Of a stretch of DNA of 37,754 nucleotides, positions 1 through 7,972 are shown piece after piece. The notes under the pieces were generated by a model that was not told the origin of the DNA, did not search any database, and was given only the letters and a program-made list of their open reading frames with translations. The translations under genes and the position numbers were made by a program. Position 1 is the stretch's first letter; the number at the start of each line of letters is the position of its first letter. Source of the DNA: Candidatus Scatosoma sp. (GTDB lineage Bacteria > Bacillota > Clostridia > Christensenellales > Borkfalkiaceae); contig JBGVQH010000192.1 in the NCBI GenBank assembly GCA_045127475.1, positions 1 through 37,754 on the forward strand, given 5' to 3'.

Positions 1-160
1 TCCCACACCGCTTTCCCGATAAACCTTTTATTTGTTGTTGAAGACAACAAATAGTCCCTAGGGACTGCGTTTTGGCTTATAAAAGTTTCTGTATTTATTA
101 TATTACACAATTATTCCTTTGTCAACCCCTTTTCCAAAAAATTTGTCGAAAATCTTTATC

Positions 161-204
161 AACAAAACAAGCGGCGTGCCTGTAAGGCACGCCGCTTGTT
201 TTCT
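161..204 (-). terminator. Intrinsic terminator hairpin downstream of the acidic zinc-ribbon gene (usable in both directions)
   Basis: Perfect 12-bp stem AAGCGGCGTGCC (169-180) / GGCACGCCGCTT (186-197) with a 5-nt loop. T-rich tracts follow on either strand. It lies about 20 nt past the stop at 219. Confidence 0.7.
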
Positions 205-218
205 ATTAATTTTCGTTA

Positions 219-764
219 TTAAAAATCGTCGTCGTCACGCTTTTTCTTGCGTTTTGCGCCTGATTTAGGGGTGGGGGCGTCGTCATCATCAAACATGTCG
301 TCGTCATCGTCATCATCATCGTCGTCATCGTCGTCCATGCCGTAATAATCGTCCGCCGAAACGTATTCGAAATCGTCTTCTTCCACCGTTTCCTCTTCTT
401 CCTCTTCTTCCTCTTCCTCCTCGTCAAATTCGGAATCAGGAATACCAAGGTCGTCCAGTTCTTCCTCTTCGTCGTCGATATAACTTCTCCACGACGCGTC
501 TTCCTTGTCTTCGTCCTCGTCTACTACCTCGTCCTCGTACTGCGATTTTTTCTTGCACTCCTCGCACATCTTCTCGCCAAGCACCATATAGTTTTCACCG
601 CAAACGGGACAAAGTTCCGTCTCTTCCATGCTTTCTTCCGCGTCGAACCCATCCGAAAAAGTACGTTCGCCGCTAAGTTCTTTCACGCAAACGTCGCAAA
701 ACTCTTGCTCGTCCGCGTCGATAAAGTTTAATTCGCATCTGGGGCAAATAATGTATCTCGCCAT
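219..764 (-). CDS. Hypothetical protein: two CxxC...CxxC zinc-ribbon modules, then a hyper-acidic D/E tail and a KRKKKR patch
   Basis: Complete 181-aa ORF. Cys pairs are C7/C10+C23/C26 and C52/C55+C67/C70. A run of 11 Glu and a run of 13 Asp were read from the codons (mixed GAA/GAG and GAC/GAT). A terminator lies just downstream. No family recognised. Confidence 0.7.
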   Translation of the reverse strand: MARYIICPRCELNFIDADEQEFCDVCVKELSGERTFSDGFDAEESMEETELCPVCGENYMVLGEKMCEECKKKSQYEDEVVDEDEDKEDASWRSYIDDEEEELDDLGIPDSEFDEEEEEEEEEEETVEEDDFEYVSADDYYGMDDDDDDDDDDDDDMFDDDDAPTPKSGAKRKKKRDDDDF

Positions 765-889
765 ATTCTGATTTTCCCTCGTTATCTATCGGTTTACACC
801 TTGATTTTGCTATATTATATTAAGATTTACTAATTTTGTAAACTATTTTTCATATAGTTTTTGAAGTTTTTTATAAAATTTTTCGCTTT

Positions 890-926
890 TTTAAAAAAAA
901 CAACCGTTCCCCTTAGGAAACGGCTG
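890..926 (-). terminator. Intrinsic terminator of the large lipoprotein gene
   Basis: On the minus strand: CAGCCGTTTCC-TAAGG-GGAACGGTTG hairpin (901-925) followed by a T8 run (A-run 891-900 on plus). It starts about 12 nt after the stop at 938. Confidence 0.75.
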
Positions 927-937
927 TCTTCATACCA

Positions 938-3403
938 TTATTCGGTTTTTTCTTCGTTGTCGGAGTCCGCCTCGGTTTCCTCCGCGGGCGTTTCCGTTTC
1001 TTCGCTAACAGCCTCTAAAACAGGCCCTTCTGTCTCTTGCGCGCTTTCGCTTGCGGGTTCTTCCGTTCCCTCCGCCGCTTTTTCGTCTGCATATACGTCG
1101 ATGGTCTTATCGTCCGTCGTATCGATACGCTGACGCTTATACGAGTTCACAATCGCGTCTGCCTCGCGTTTCGCTGCTTTCTTCTTCTTAACGTGCAGAA
1201 TAACGGGCACGCTGATTGCCGCTGCAACCACGATTACGCCGCCGATTACAATCAACAATACCGCCCACGTCGGCATACCCTCGTCCGCAGCCTTTACCTC
1301 TTCTTCGGGATAGAGCAACAAACCGTCCCAAGCCTCGGCTATTTTTTCCGCATCTTCGTCCGTCATACGGCTGATATTGTTCGTGTACACCGCCACCGAC
1401 TTGATATAATCGGTTTTGCTTTCGTCGAATTTATCCAAAATCGCTTGATAGAACTCTGCGCCTTCCGTGCTGCCTTCGTCGTTGTTTGCTTTGTTAAACT
1501 TCTTAATATATTCTGCTTTTGCCTCTTCCGTTACGTTCAAACGGCTGCCGAACAGGTAGTTAATAAGGTCAACAACGTCGCTGTCTGCATTTTCACCGCT
1601 CTCGTATTCCGTACGGTAATCGACGTATTCCTTGTATTCGTCGTTAGCCGTGGACAATTCCGCCGTCGTACCGATTTTTGCGGCATATACGTAGTTATAG
1701 TTTTGCGTATTTTTGCCGTAGTTCTGCGCGTTTGCATACAGGAACAATTCCCCGCCGTTTACGCTGACGAATTCGGGCTGATACCAGCTGCTGTTGTATT
1801 CCACGAAAGGAACTTTCATCGGCTTGTATTCTTCCGAGCTAATCAAGGAATTATAATCGTCTTCCGCGCCCGTGTAATTGATACGGACAAGGTTTTTGCC
1901 TTTCGTGCCGCTCGTGTAATAATACAGATAATCGCCGTTCGTCTTCCAAAGCGTTGCACCGTTCGCGTCAAAGGTCATCGGGAAAGAAGTCTTGGTCAGC
2001 TCGCCATAGCTTGCGCCCTGCGCTATCGTAACCTTGTTGATAACCGTATTGCTCGCGCTGCCTATGGTTTCTGTTGCCACGTGCATATACGTATACGTAC
2101 GCTTGCCGTCCTTTTCGCCGATCTCCATAATCGAAGCATCGGGAATATCCGTTGCCTTGTGCGCTACAATATCCATGCTGTTGTTCGCGCTTACCGTGTT
2201 CCAACAGCTTGCCAACGCCTCGCTTTCTTCCACGTAGAACATTTTTTCGGTTTCCGTGCCCATGCACGCCTTACGCGTGAAGTACAAGCCTATGTTGTCG
2301 CCGCTCGTTTCATAACGTTTGATGGTGTAGGTGTAACCTTGTGCCTCTTTCGCGGTTGTCGACGTAATATTTTCTTTCAACTCTTCGTTGTAATGGGTAT
2401 ACATATCGTCCGCATGGATAAACCCTACGCCGTCCAGAACGAGCTGACCAAGGTTGACGTACGGATACGTGGTGTAATCACCAAGGTTATATCCGCGCGC
2501 ACCTGCGTTTTGATTCATTGCATTTTCATCGAAATCATACGTCTTTTCGCCACCGTCGCTGTATGCAACCGTATAGCTTGCTTTGCCCGCGTCAACGGAT
2601 TTCACCTGCGCCGCCGCGTCTACGCAATAGATTTGGTTGTACGGAAGCTGAGACGGGTTATCCTTTTCCGCGTCGTACGTTACGCCCATTACGTAATAGA
2701 CGTTGGGGTTGGTCAAATCATTCGTATCATAGAAATAATCGGACGCACCTTTTACCAAAACCGTGTCCGCGCCCGTCGCCGTGTTGTACGATTTTAAGGT
2801 CGTGCCGTCTTCATACAAACAGAATACGTCGTCTTCGTTATCGTTGTTTTTGTCCACGCCGTCTACCTGCACGAAACGGTATACCGTAGAGGCAGGCTTA
2901 CGCAGATAATAACCGCCCATAGGCGCTTCCGTACCGTCCAGCTTTACACGCTTAAAATCAACGAGGCTGTTGCCCGTTTCACCCGACACGTTCTTGTCCG
3001 TCGTCGGCGTTGCGTAATATACGTAATCGCCATAAATATACAAACCAGATTTAAAATCCTGCGCCGTAAACAACGAGGGAATCACGATTTTCGCCTGGTC
3101 GTACTTTCCTTCTGCCAAATCAGCTTTACGAATCGCCATCAGCGAGCCTTTTACGGGCGCACCGTAACCGTTGTTCGCCGTCGTCGATTCCACGCCGTTG
3201 ATGAAATAGACGTAGTCGCCTTTTTCAACAACGAAACCGCCGTTGGAGGACACTTCGCCGCCGTTTGCCATCGCCGCTTGATACTGCGCAAGCGTTTCTT
3301 CACCTTGATAGCCGCCTTCTTTTCCGCAGCCCGTAAACGTCAACGTCGATACGCCGAGCGTCAACGCCGCCGCGAGAGAGAGAATTTTTGTTCCTTTCTT
3401 CAT
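938..3403 (-). CDS. Large putative lipoprotein (821 aa) with a C-terminal transmembrane anchor and an acidic cytoplasmic tail; repeated GDYVYY/GDYLYYY motifs
   Basis: The ORF track extends to 3769, but the ATG at 3403 is preceded by AAGGAG and opens a classic signal peptide, MKKGTKILSLAAALTLGVSTLTFTGC (lipobox-like TFTG|C). A hydrophobic segment WAVLLIVIGGVIVVAAAISVPVILHV followed by KKKK lies near the C-terminus, then an E/T-rich tail. The aromatic-rich repeats resemble DUF5050-type beta-propeller repeats (unverified). Confidence 0.75.
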   Translation of the reverse strand: MKKGTKILSLAAALTLGVSTLTFTGCGKEGGYQGEETLAQYQAAMANGGEVSSNGGFVVEKGDYVYFINGVESTTANNGYGAPVKGSLMAIRKADLAEGKYDQAKIVIPSLFTAQDFKSGLYIYGDYVYYATPTTDKNVSGETGNSLVDFKRVKLDGTEAPMGGYYLRKPASTVYRFVQVDGVDKNNDNEDDVFCLYEDGTTLKSYNTATGADTVLVKGASDYFYDTNDLTNPNVYYVMGVTYDAEKDNPSQLPYNQIYCVDAAAQVKSVDAGKASYTVAYSDGGEKTYDFDENAMNQNAGARGYNLGDYTTYPYVNLGQLVLDGVGFIHADDMYTHYNEELKENITSTTAKEAQGYTYTIKRYETSGDNIGLYFTRKACMGTETEKMFYVEESEALASCWNTVSANNSMDIVAHKATDIPDASIMEIGEKDGKRTYTYMHVATETIGSASNTVINKVTIAQGASYGELTKTSFPMTFDANGATLWKTNGDYLYYYTSGTKGKNLVRINYTGAEDDYNSLISSEEYKPMKVPFVEYNSSWYQPEFVSVNGGELFLYANAQNYGKNTQNYNYVYAAKIGTTAELSTANDEYKEYVDYRTEYESGENADSDVVDLINYLFGSRLNVTEEAKAEYIKKFNKANNDEGSTEGAEFYQAILDKFDESKTDYIKSVAVYTNNISRMTDEDAEKIAEAWDGLLLYPEEEVKAADEGMPTWAVLLIVIGGVIVVAAAISVPVILHVKKKKAAKREADAIVNSYKRQRIDTTDDKTIDVYADEKAAEGTEEPASESAQETEGPVLEAVSEETETPAEETEADSDNEEKTE

Positions 3404-3632
3404 GGATAAGGACTCCTTACTTATAAAATAATCGGTTTTGCGCTTTTCGCGAACGGAGCGTTTGAACGGACGTACCGCCCATAAAAAACCGTCTTTTTGC
3501 ATTTGCGCGCATAGACCGACACTATTAACGCATATTCTATTATATATCAATTTGTCAATTAAAGCAATCGAAAACGCCTTGTTTTTCGTGAATTTTGCTT
3601 GAAAATTTTTATATTTTTGGAGGTTTTTTTCC

Positions 3633-3836
3633 ATGGTACCCTTTGGCTTGTTCAATTTATTAAAATCCTTACTGCCACAGGCGGAAAATCCCGAGCAAAC
3701 ACCCGAGGAAAACCCCGAAAAAAAGCCCGCGTCCGCCACGGAAAACGGCGCGCACGAATTTTCGGACACGCCTCAAAACGCCTTTTTGGATTTTGTTTCC
3801 CGCCATGAAGAACGGAAACGAAATATAAAGAAATGA
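3633..3836 (+). CDS. Candidate small protein (67 aa), unknown function
   Basis: ATG at 3633 is preceded by GGAGG (3619-3623) with a 9-nt spacer. Divergent from the lipoprotein gene. Hydrophobic N-terminus FGLFNLLKSLL, P/E-rich middle, basic C-terminus. No family recognised. Confidence 0.4.
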   Translation: MVPFGLFNLLKSLLPQAENPEQTPEENPEKKPASATENGAHEFSDTPQNAFLDFVSRHEERKRNIKK

Positions 3837-4016
3837 ATTGACTTCATCTTGAATTGGCTGTCGCCGTGAATTGAAAATCTATGCTTTTCATGATTTGACA
3901 GCTTTGCCGTCATTGCAGGAATATTTCCACAATGCAAAACCCTGTTTTGCAATTCATGCCCTGACGGGCAATTCATGAAACTTTGTTTCAATTCAGGCGG
4001 CTTTGCCGCAATTCAT
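3833..4016. repeat. Inverted array of a short motif: 3x TGAATTG (left) facing 4x CAATTCA (right)
   Basis: TGAATTG at 3834, 3850 and 3867 (16-17 bp phasing). CAATTCA at 3950, 3969, 3989 and 4009 (19-20 bp phasing). The outermost copies, AATGAATTG and CAATTCATT, form imperfect terminal inverted repeats. Confidence 0.6.
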
Positions 4017-4017
4017 T

Positions 4018-4060
4018 ATAAAAAAATGGAAACGCCGTAATGACGTTTCCATAATTTTTT
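4018..4060. terminator. Bidirectional intrinsic terminator (ends the rpsI operon on minus; also closes the plus-strand small ORF/repeat region)
   Basis: Stem ATGGAAACG (4026-4034) / CGTTTCCAT (4044-4052) with a 9-nt loop. An A-run lies upstream and a T6 run downstream. Confidence 0.8.
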
Positions 4061-4085
4061 GTATTGCTCGCACTTCGACGAGAGA

Positions 4086-4499
4086 TTATCTCTTCGAGAA
4101 CTGAGGTGCACGACGAGCTTTCTTCAAGCCGTACTTCTTTCTTTCCTTTGCACGAGGGTCTCTCGTCAAGAAACCTTCTTTCTTGAGTGCAGGACGGCTG
4201 TTTTCTTCTGCTTCGAGAAGAGCACGTGCGATACCCAAACGGATAGCACCTGCCTGACCGGTGTAACCGCCGCCGATTACGTTTACGACGATATCGTACT
4301 TGGATTCAACTTCCAACAGCGCGATGGGCTGTTTTACGATATACTGCAACGTACCTTGGGGGAAATAATCCTCAAAAGCGCGGTCGTTAATAACGATCGT
4401 GCCGTTGCCGCCGGGGATAAGACGAACACGAGCGATTGCCTTCTTTCTTCTGCCCGTACCCCAGAATTGAAGCTTCTTTTTAACGTTTGCTTTAGCCAT
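4086..4499 (-). CDS. rpsI: 30S ribosomal protein S9
   Basis: Translation contains the S9 hallmarks [33 protein letters not shown] and a C-terminal [27 protein letters not shown] upstream. Confidence 0.97.
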   Translation of the reverse strand: MAKANVKKKLQFWGTGRRKKAIARVRLIPGGNGTIVINDRAFEDYFPQGTLQYIVKQPIALLEVESKYDIVVNVIGGGYTGQAGAIRLGIARALLEAEENSRPALKKEGFLTRDPRAKERKKYGLKKARRAPQFSKR

Positions 4500-4516
4500 A
4501 ATTCTTTATCCTCTCC

Positions 4517-4948
4517 TTAGTCAACTTTGAGTTCTTCGGGTTTTTGCGCCGCGTGGTTATGTTCAGCACCCTTGTAAACCTTGAGCTTTTTAAGCATCTG
4601 TCTACCGAGGCTGTTCTTGGGCAACATACCTTTTACAGCTTCGTAAACGGCAAGGTCGCTCTTTTCAGCCATCATCTTCTTGTAAGAAATTTCTTTCAAA
4701 CCGCCGATGTAACCGGTGTGGTATCTATAGAACTTGTTTTCCAACTTTTTACCGGTAAGCACCGCTTTGTCGGTGTTTACAACGATTACGAAATCGCCGG
4801 TATCAACGTTGGGAGTGTAGGTAGGCTTGTTTTTACCGCGAAGTACGGATGCAACACGGCTTGCAAGACGGCCAAGAGGCACGCCTGCCGCGTCTACAAC
4901 GTACCATTTTCTTTCAACCGATTCAGCTTTCGCCATATAGGTCTTCAT
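4517..4948 (-). CDS. rplM: 50S ribosomal protein L13
   Basis: Translation [17 protein letters not shown]...[23 protein letters not shown] is typical L13. Conserved rplM-rpsI operon order. AAGGAG RBS. Confidence 0.97.
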   Translation of the reverse strand: MKTYMAKAESVERKWYVVDAAGVPLGRLASRVASVLRGKNKPTYTPNVDTGDFVIVVNTDKAVLTGKKLENKFYRYHTGYIGGLKEISYKKMMAEKSDLAVYEAVKGMLPKNSLGRQMLKKLKVYKGAEHNHAAQKPEELKVD

Positions 4949-5113
4949 AATATGTTACTCCTTGTATCGTGTATATTTTTTCTTTTTCATGTTTCGTTTG
5001 CGAAGTTTTCGGATTTTTGCAACCAACGTTCAACTAACGGGGGAAAACGTGGTTTTTAAAGGGTTTCCTTGAACTTGCCTATTTATTGTAGTATGAAAAG
5101 AAATTTAAGTCAA
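4949..5113 (-). promoter_or_regulatory. rplM promoter (TTGACT-17-TACAAT) and a ~135-nt 5' leader (possible L13-type ribosomal leader)
   Basis: On the minus strand, -35 TTGACT is at 5113-5108 and -10 TACAAT at 5090-5085, with a 17-nt spacer. A long untranslated leader precedes the RBS. Its identity as a structured r-protein leader is inferred only from position. Confidence 0.5.
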
Positions 5114-5445
5114 GCTGTTTTGCAAGCATTTTTCGAACTTTTTTTAATTTTTTCAACTTTTTTTCAAATTTTTTTATTTTGCTTATTTTTACGAAAAAAA
5201 CCTTGCTTTTTCTCTGCTTTTTTCTATCATTTTTTATTATGCACCCCTTTGGCCTGCCCCCCCTTTCACTCCTTGCTGCCACACCTTGTTTTCGCGCCTT
5301 GCTGTTACGTTCTTTCCATATATATAATATAAGAGAGCATAGAACCACTATCTTTCCTTTCGTTCTTGCCTTCCCCTTGCTCTCCCCATAAAAACAGTTT
5401 TTCCGACAAACACCGCACAAATTATTTTTTACCCCCTCGTTTTCA

Positions 5446-5474
5446 TTGATTTTTATAAAAAAATAGGGTATAAT
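5446..5474 (+). promoter_or_regulatory. Sigma-A type promoter for fba (TTGATT-17-TATAAT)
   Basis: -35 TTGATT at 5446-5451, -10 TATAAT at 5469-5474, 17-nt spacer, about 45 nt upstream of the fba start. Confidence 0.6.
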
Positions 5475-5517
5475 AAATCCGCAATAAAAAAACCAATCTT
5501 TTTGGAGGATTAATATT

Positions 5518-6456
5518 ATGCCTTTGGTAACTACTACCGAAATGTTCAAAAAAGCGTACGAGGGCAAATATGCTATCGGCGCATTCAACGTAAACAATAT
5601 GGAAATGATCCAGGCGATCGTTGAGGCTGCTAACGAAGAGAAATCTCCCGTTATTTTGCAAGTTTCCGCTGGCGCAAGAAAATACGCTAACCCCGTATAC
5701 CTTCGCCACCTCGTTCAGGCTGCTGTGGAAACCAACGATATTCCTATCGCTATGCACCTCGACCACGGCGCAGATTTCGAAATCTGTAAAGCGTCCATCG
5801 ACAGCGGTTTCACGTCCGTCATGATTGACGCATCTTCGCATCCTTGGGAAGAAAATATCGCTATCACCAAGAAAGTCGTAGAATACGCGCACGACCACGG
5901 CGTAGTTGTTGAGGCAGAACTCGGCAAGCTCGCAGGTATCGAGGATGACGTAAACGTTGACGCGGCTGACGCGCAGTTCACGTCCCCCGACGAAGTACAG
6001 GATTTCGTTGCGGCTACGGGTATCGACTCCCTTGCAATCGCTATCGGTACGAGCCATGGCGCTTACAAATTCAAGCCCGGTCAGGACCCCAAGCTCCGTT
6101 TGGACATCTTGGAAGAAATCGGCAAGAGATTGCCCGGATTCCCTATCGTTTTGCACGGTGCATCTTCCGTTCCTCAGGACAAAGTTGCGATCGTCAACCA
6201 GTACGGCGGTCATATGCCCGATGCAATCGGCATTCCCGAAAGCGAGCTTAGAAAAGCAGCGCAGATGGCAGTTTGCAAAATCAATATCGACAGCGACCTT
6301 CGCGTAGCATTCACGGCGGCTATCCGTAAGCATTATGCAGATTTCCCCGGCCACTTCGACCCCCGTCAATACCTTGGCGACGCACGTGCGATGATGAAAG
6401 AAATGGTTAAGCACAAGATTGTCAACGTGCTCGGTTCGGCAGGCAAAGCATTTTAA
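5518..6456 (+). CDS. fba: Class II fructose-1,6-bisphosphate aldolase
   Basis: 312-aa translation with class II FBA motifs (AIGAFNVNNMEM, PVILQVS, HLDHG, SVMIDAS, LHGASSVP). GGAGG RBS. Confidence 0.95.
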   Translation: MPLVTTTEMFKKAYEGKYAIGAFNVNNMEMIQAIVEAANEEKSPVILQVSAGARKYANPVYLRHLVQAAVETNDIPIAMHLDHGADFEICKASIDSGFTSVMIDASSHPWEENIAITKKVVEYAHDHGVVVEAELGKLAGIEDDVNVDAADAQFTSPDEVQDFVAATGIDSLAIAIGTSHGAYKFKPGQDPKLRLDILEEIGKRLPGFPIVLHGASSVPQDKVAIVNQYGGHMPDAIGIPESELRKAAQMAVCKINIDSDLRVAFTAAIRKHYADFPGHFDPRQYLGDARAMMKEMVKHKIVNVLGSAGKAF

Positions 6457-6503
6457 TTGACTGCGCTTAATGCGCACGCGGAATATAATATTGTATGCAA
6501 AAA

Positions 6504-6538
6504 CGGCTCTCGGCTTTTTCCGAGGGCTGTTTGTTTTG
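6504..6538 (+). terminator. Intrinsic terminator after fba
   Basis: 10-bp stem CGGCTCTCGG / CCGAGGGCTG (two G-U pairs), loop CTTTTT, followed by TTTGTTTTG. Confidence 0.65.
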
Positions 6539-6606
6539 TAAATTTCGTTCGGTTTATGTAAATTTTGTAAAAAGTAAATATTTTTCCCAACTAATGCCCA
6601 AAATTA

Positions 6607-6635
6607 TTGACGAAAGTAAAAAAGTATGCTAAAAT
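6607..6635 (+). promoter_or_regulatory. Sigma-A type promoter for gap (TTGACG-17-TGcTAAAAT, extended -10)
   Basis: -35 at 6607-6612, TG at 6627-6628, -10 TAAAAT at 6630-6635. About 100 nt upstream of the gap start. Confidence 0.55.
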
Positions 6636-6734
6636 GATATCTGGACGAAAACGGGGAAAGTAGAAATCCTCCCCAAAATTCGCCTAAAAAGTACGAAACA
6701 AAATAAATTTTTCATATTTGGAGGAATTACTATT

Positions 6735-7754
6735 ATGGCAAACGTAAAAGTTGCAATCAACGGTTTCGGTCGTATCGGCCGTCTTGCTTTCAGACAGATG
6801 TTCGACGCAGAAGGCTACGAAGTAGTTGCGATCAACGACCTTACCAGCCCTTCCATGCTTGCACACCTTTTGAAGTACGATACTGCTCAGGGCAGATACA
6901 AGTACTGCGATAAGGTAACGGCTGACGACGAAGCAGGTACGATTACCGTTAACGGCAAAACGATCAAAATCTATGCAGAAAAAGACGCTGCAAACTGCCC
7001 TTGGGCTCAGTACGACGTTGACGTTGTTTTGGAATGCACGGGCTTCTACTGCTCCAAGGCAAAATCCGAAGCACACATCAAAGCAGGTGCTAAGAAAGTT
7101 GTTATCTCTGCTCCCGCAGGCAACGACCTTCCTACCATCGTTTACAGCGTAAACGAAAAGACGCTTACGAAGAACGACACGATCATCTCCGCAGCGTCCT
7201 GTACGACCAACTGCCTTGCTCCTATGGCAAACACGCTCAACAAGCTTGCAGCTATTAAGAAAGGCTACATGACCACAATCCACGCATACACCGGCGACCA
7301 GATGGTTTTGGACGGTCCTCATCGTAAAGGCGACCTTCGCCGTGCACGTGCAGCTGCTGCAAACATCGTTCCCAACTCCACGGGTGCAGCAAAGGCTATC
7401 GGTTTGGTTATCCCCGAACTCAACGGCGTACTTGACGGTTGCGCACAACGCGTTCCCGTTCCCACCGGTTCGCTTACCCAGCTCGTTGCTATCTGCGAAG
7501 GCGAAGTTGATGCAGCTACGGTAAACAAGGCTATGGCAGACGCTGCTTCCGCATCGTTTGGTTACACGGAAGAAGAACTCGTATCCTCCGACATTATCGG
7601 TATCACCTATGGTTCGTTGTTCGATGCAACGCAGACGAAGTGCATGCCCATGGGCGACGGTACGACCCTTGTTAAGGTTGTTTCCTGGTACGACAACGAA
7701 AACTCCTACACCAGCCAGATGGTTAGAACGATTAAGTACTTCGCAGAACTTTAA
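6735..7754 (+). CDS. gap: Glyceraldehyde-3-phosphate dehydrogenase (type I)
   Basis: N-terminal [13 protein letters not shown] Rossmann motif and catalytic SCTTNCLAP motif. 339 aa. GGAGG RBS. Confidence 0.97.
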   Translation: MANVKVAINGFGRIGRLAFRQMFDAEGYEVVAINDLTSPSMLAHLLKYDTAQGRYKYCDKVTADDEAGTITVNGKTIKIYAEKDAANCPWAQYDVDVVLECTGFYCSKAKSEAHIKAGAKKVVISAPAGNDLPTIVYSVNEKTLTKNDTIISAASCTTNCLAPMANTLNKLAAIKKGYMTTIHAYTGDQMVLDGPHRKGDLRRARAAAANIVPNSTGAAKAIGLVIPELNGVLDGCAQRVPVPTGSLTQLVAICEGEVDAATVNKAMADAASASFGYTEEELVSSDIIGITYGSLFDATQTKCMPMGDGTTLVKVVSWYDNENSYTSQMVRTIKYFAEL

Positions 7755-7790
7755 TCGAACGGAGTTTCGGCATCACCGAATAAAAAATTA

Positions 7791-7821
7791 TCCCGACGGA
7801 ATTATCCGTCGGGATTTTTTT
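7791..7821 (+). terminator. Intrinsic terminator after gap
   Basis: Perfect 10-bp stem TCCCGACGGA (7791-7800) / TCCGTCGGGA (7805-7814), loop ATTA, T7 run. Confidence 0.85.
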
Positions 7822-7827
7822 GCTTTG

Positions 7828-7855
7828 CAATTCATACGGGTACGCCGCAATTCAT
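7828..7855. repeat. Second locus of the CAATTCAT motif (two copies, 20-bp phasing)
   Basis: GCAATTCAT at 7827-7835 and 7847-7855. Same motif and spacing as the right half of the 3950-4016 array. Confidence 0.55.
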
Positions 7856-7972
7856 TTTCCACCGTCGCTTGTTAAACGGCGTAGATACAAGCAGTTCAAG
7901 GCGGAGCGAGGGCGCGTACAAAATAGTACGCAACCGAGCGACAACGCCGAAATGCGACGTAGATACGTCGTT

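Noticed and set aside
30-66. Two adjacent small hairpins at the window edge (ATTTGTTGT-TGAAG-ACAACAAAT and palindrome AGTCCCTAGGGACT)
   Set aside because: They could terminate a gene lying outside the window, but the T-tract is weak and the context is truncated, so there is not enough evidence to call a feature.
1037-2797. 586-aa plus-strand ORF
   Set aside because: It lies entirely antisense to the well-supported lipoprotein gene. The translation is Arg/Val/Phe-rich with no recognisable motifs, and there is no RBS. This is the typical shadow ORF of a codon-biased gene.
3404-3769. N-terminal extension of the 938..3769 ORF
   Set aside because: The extension precedes a perfect signal peptide with its own AAGGAG RBS at 3403 and overlaps the divergent small ORF and promoter region. 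The longer form would bury the lipobox.
5079-5597. 172-aa Lys-rich minus-strand ORF and 5069..5391 plus-strand ORFs
   Set aside because: These are by-products of the A/T- and pyrimidine-rich promoter spacer. They overlap the fba start and promoters, have no RBS, and their composition is low complexity.
5443-6477. 344-aa minus-strand ORF
   Set aside because: Antisense shadow of fba with no motifs. The same applies to 6684..7448 (antisense to gap), 31800..32933 (antisense to tig), 33014..34351 (antisense to rqcH), 25442..26299 (antisense to holB) and 8904..9572 (antisense to rsmI).
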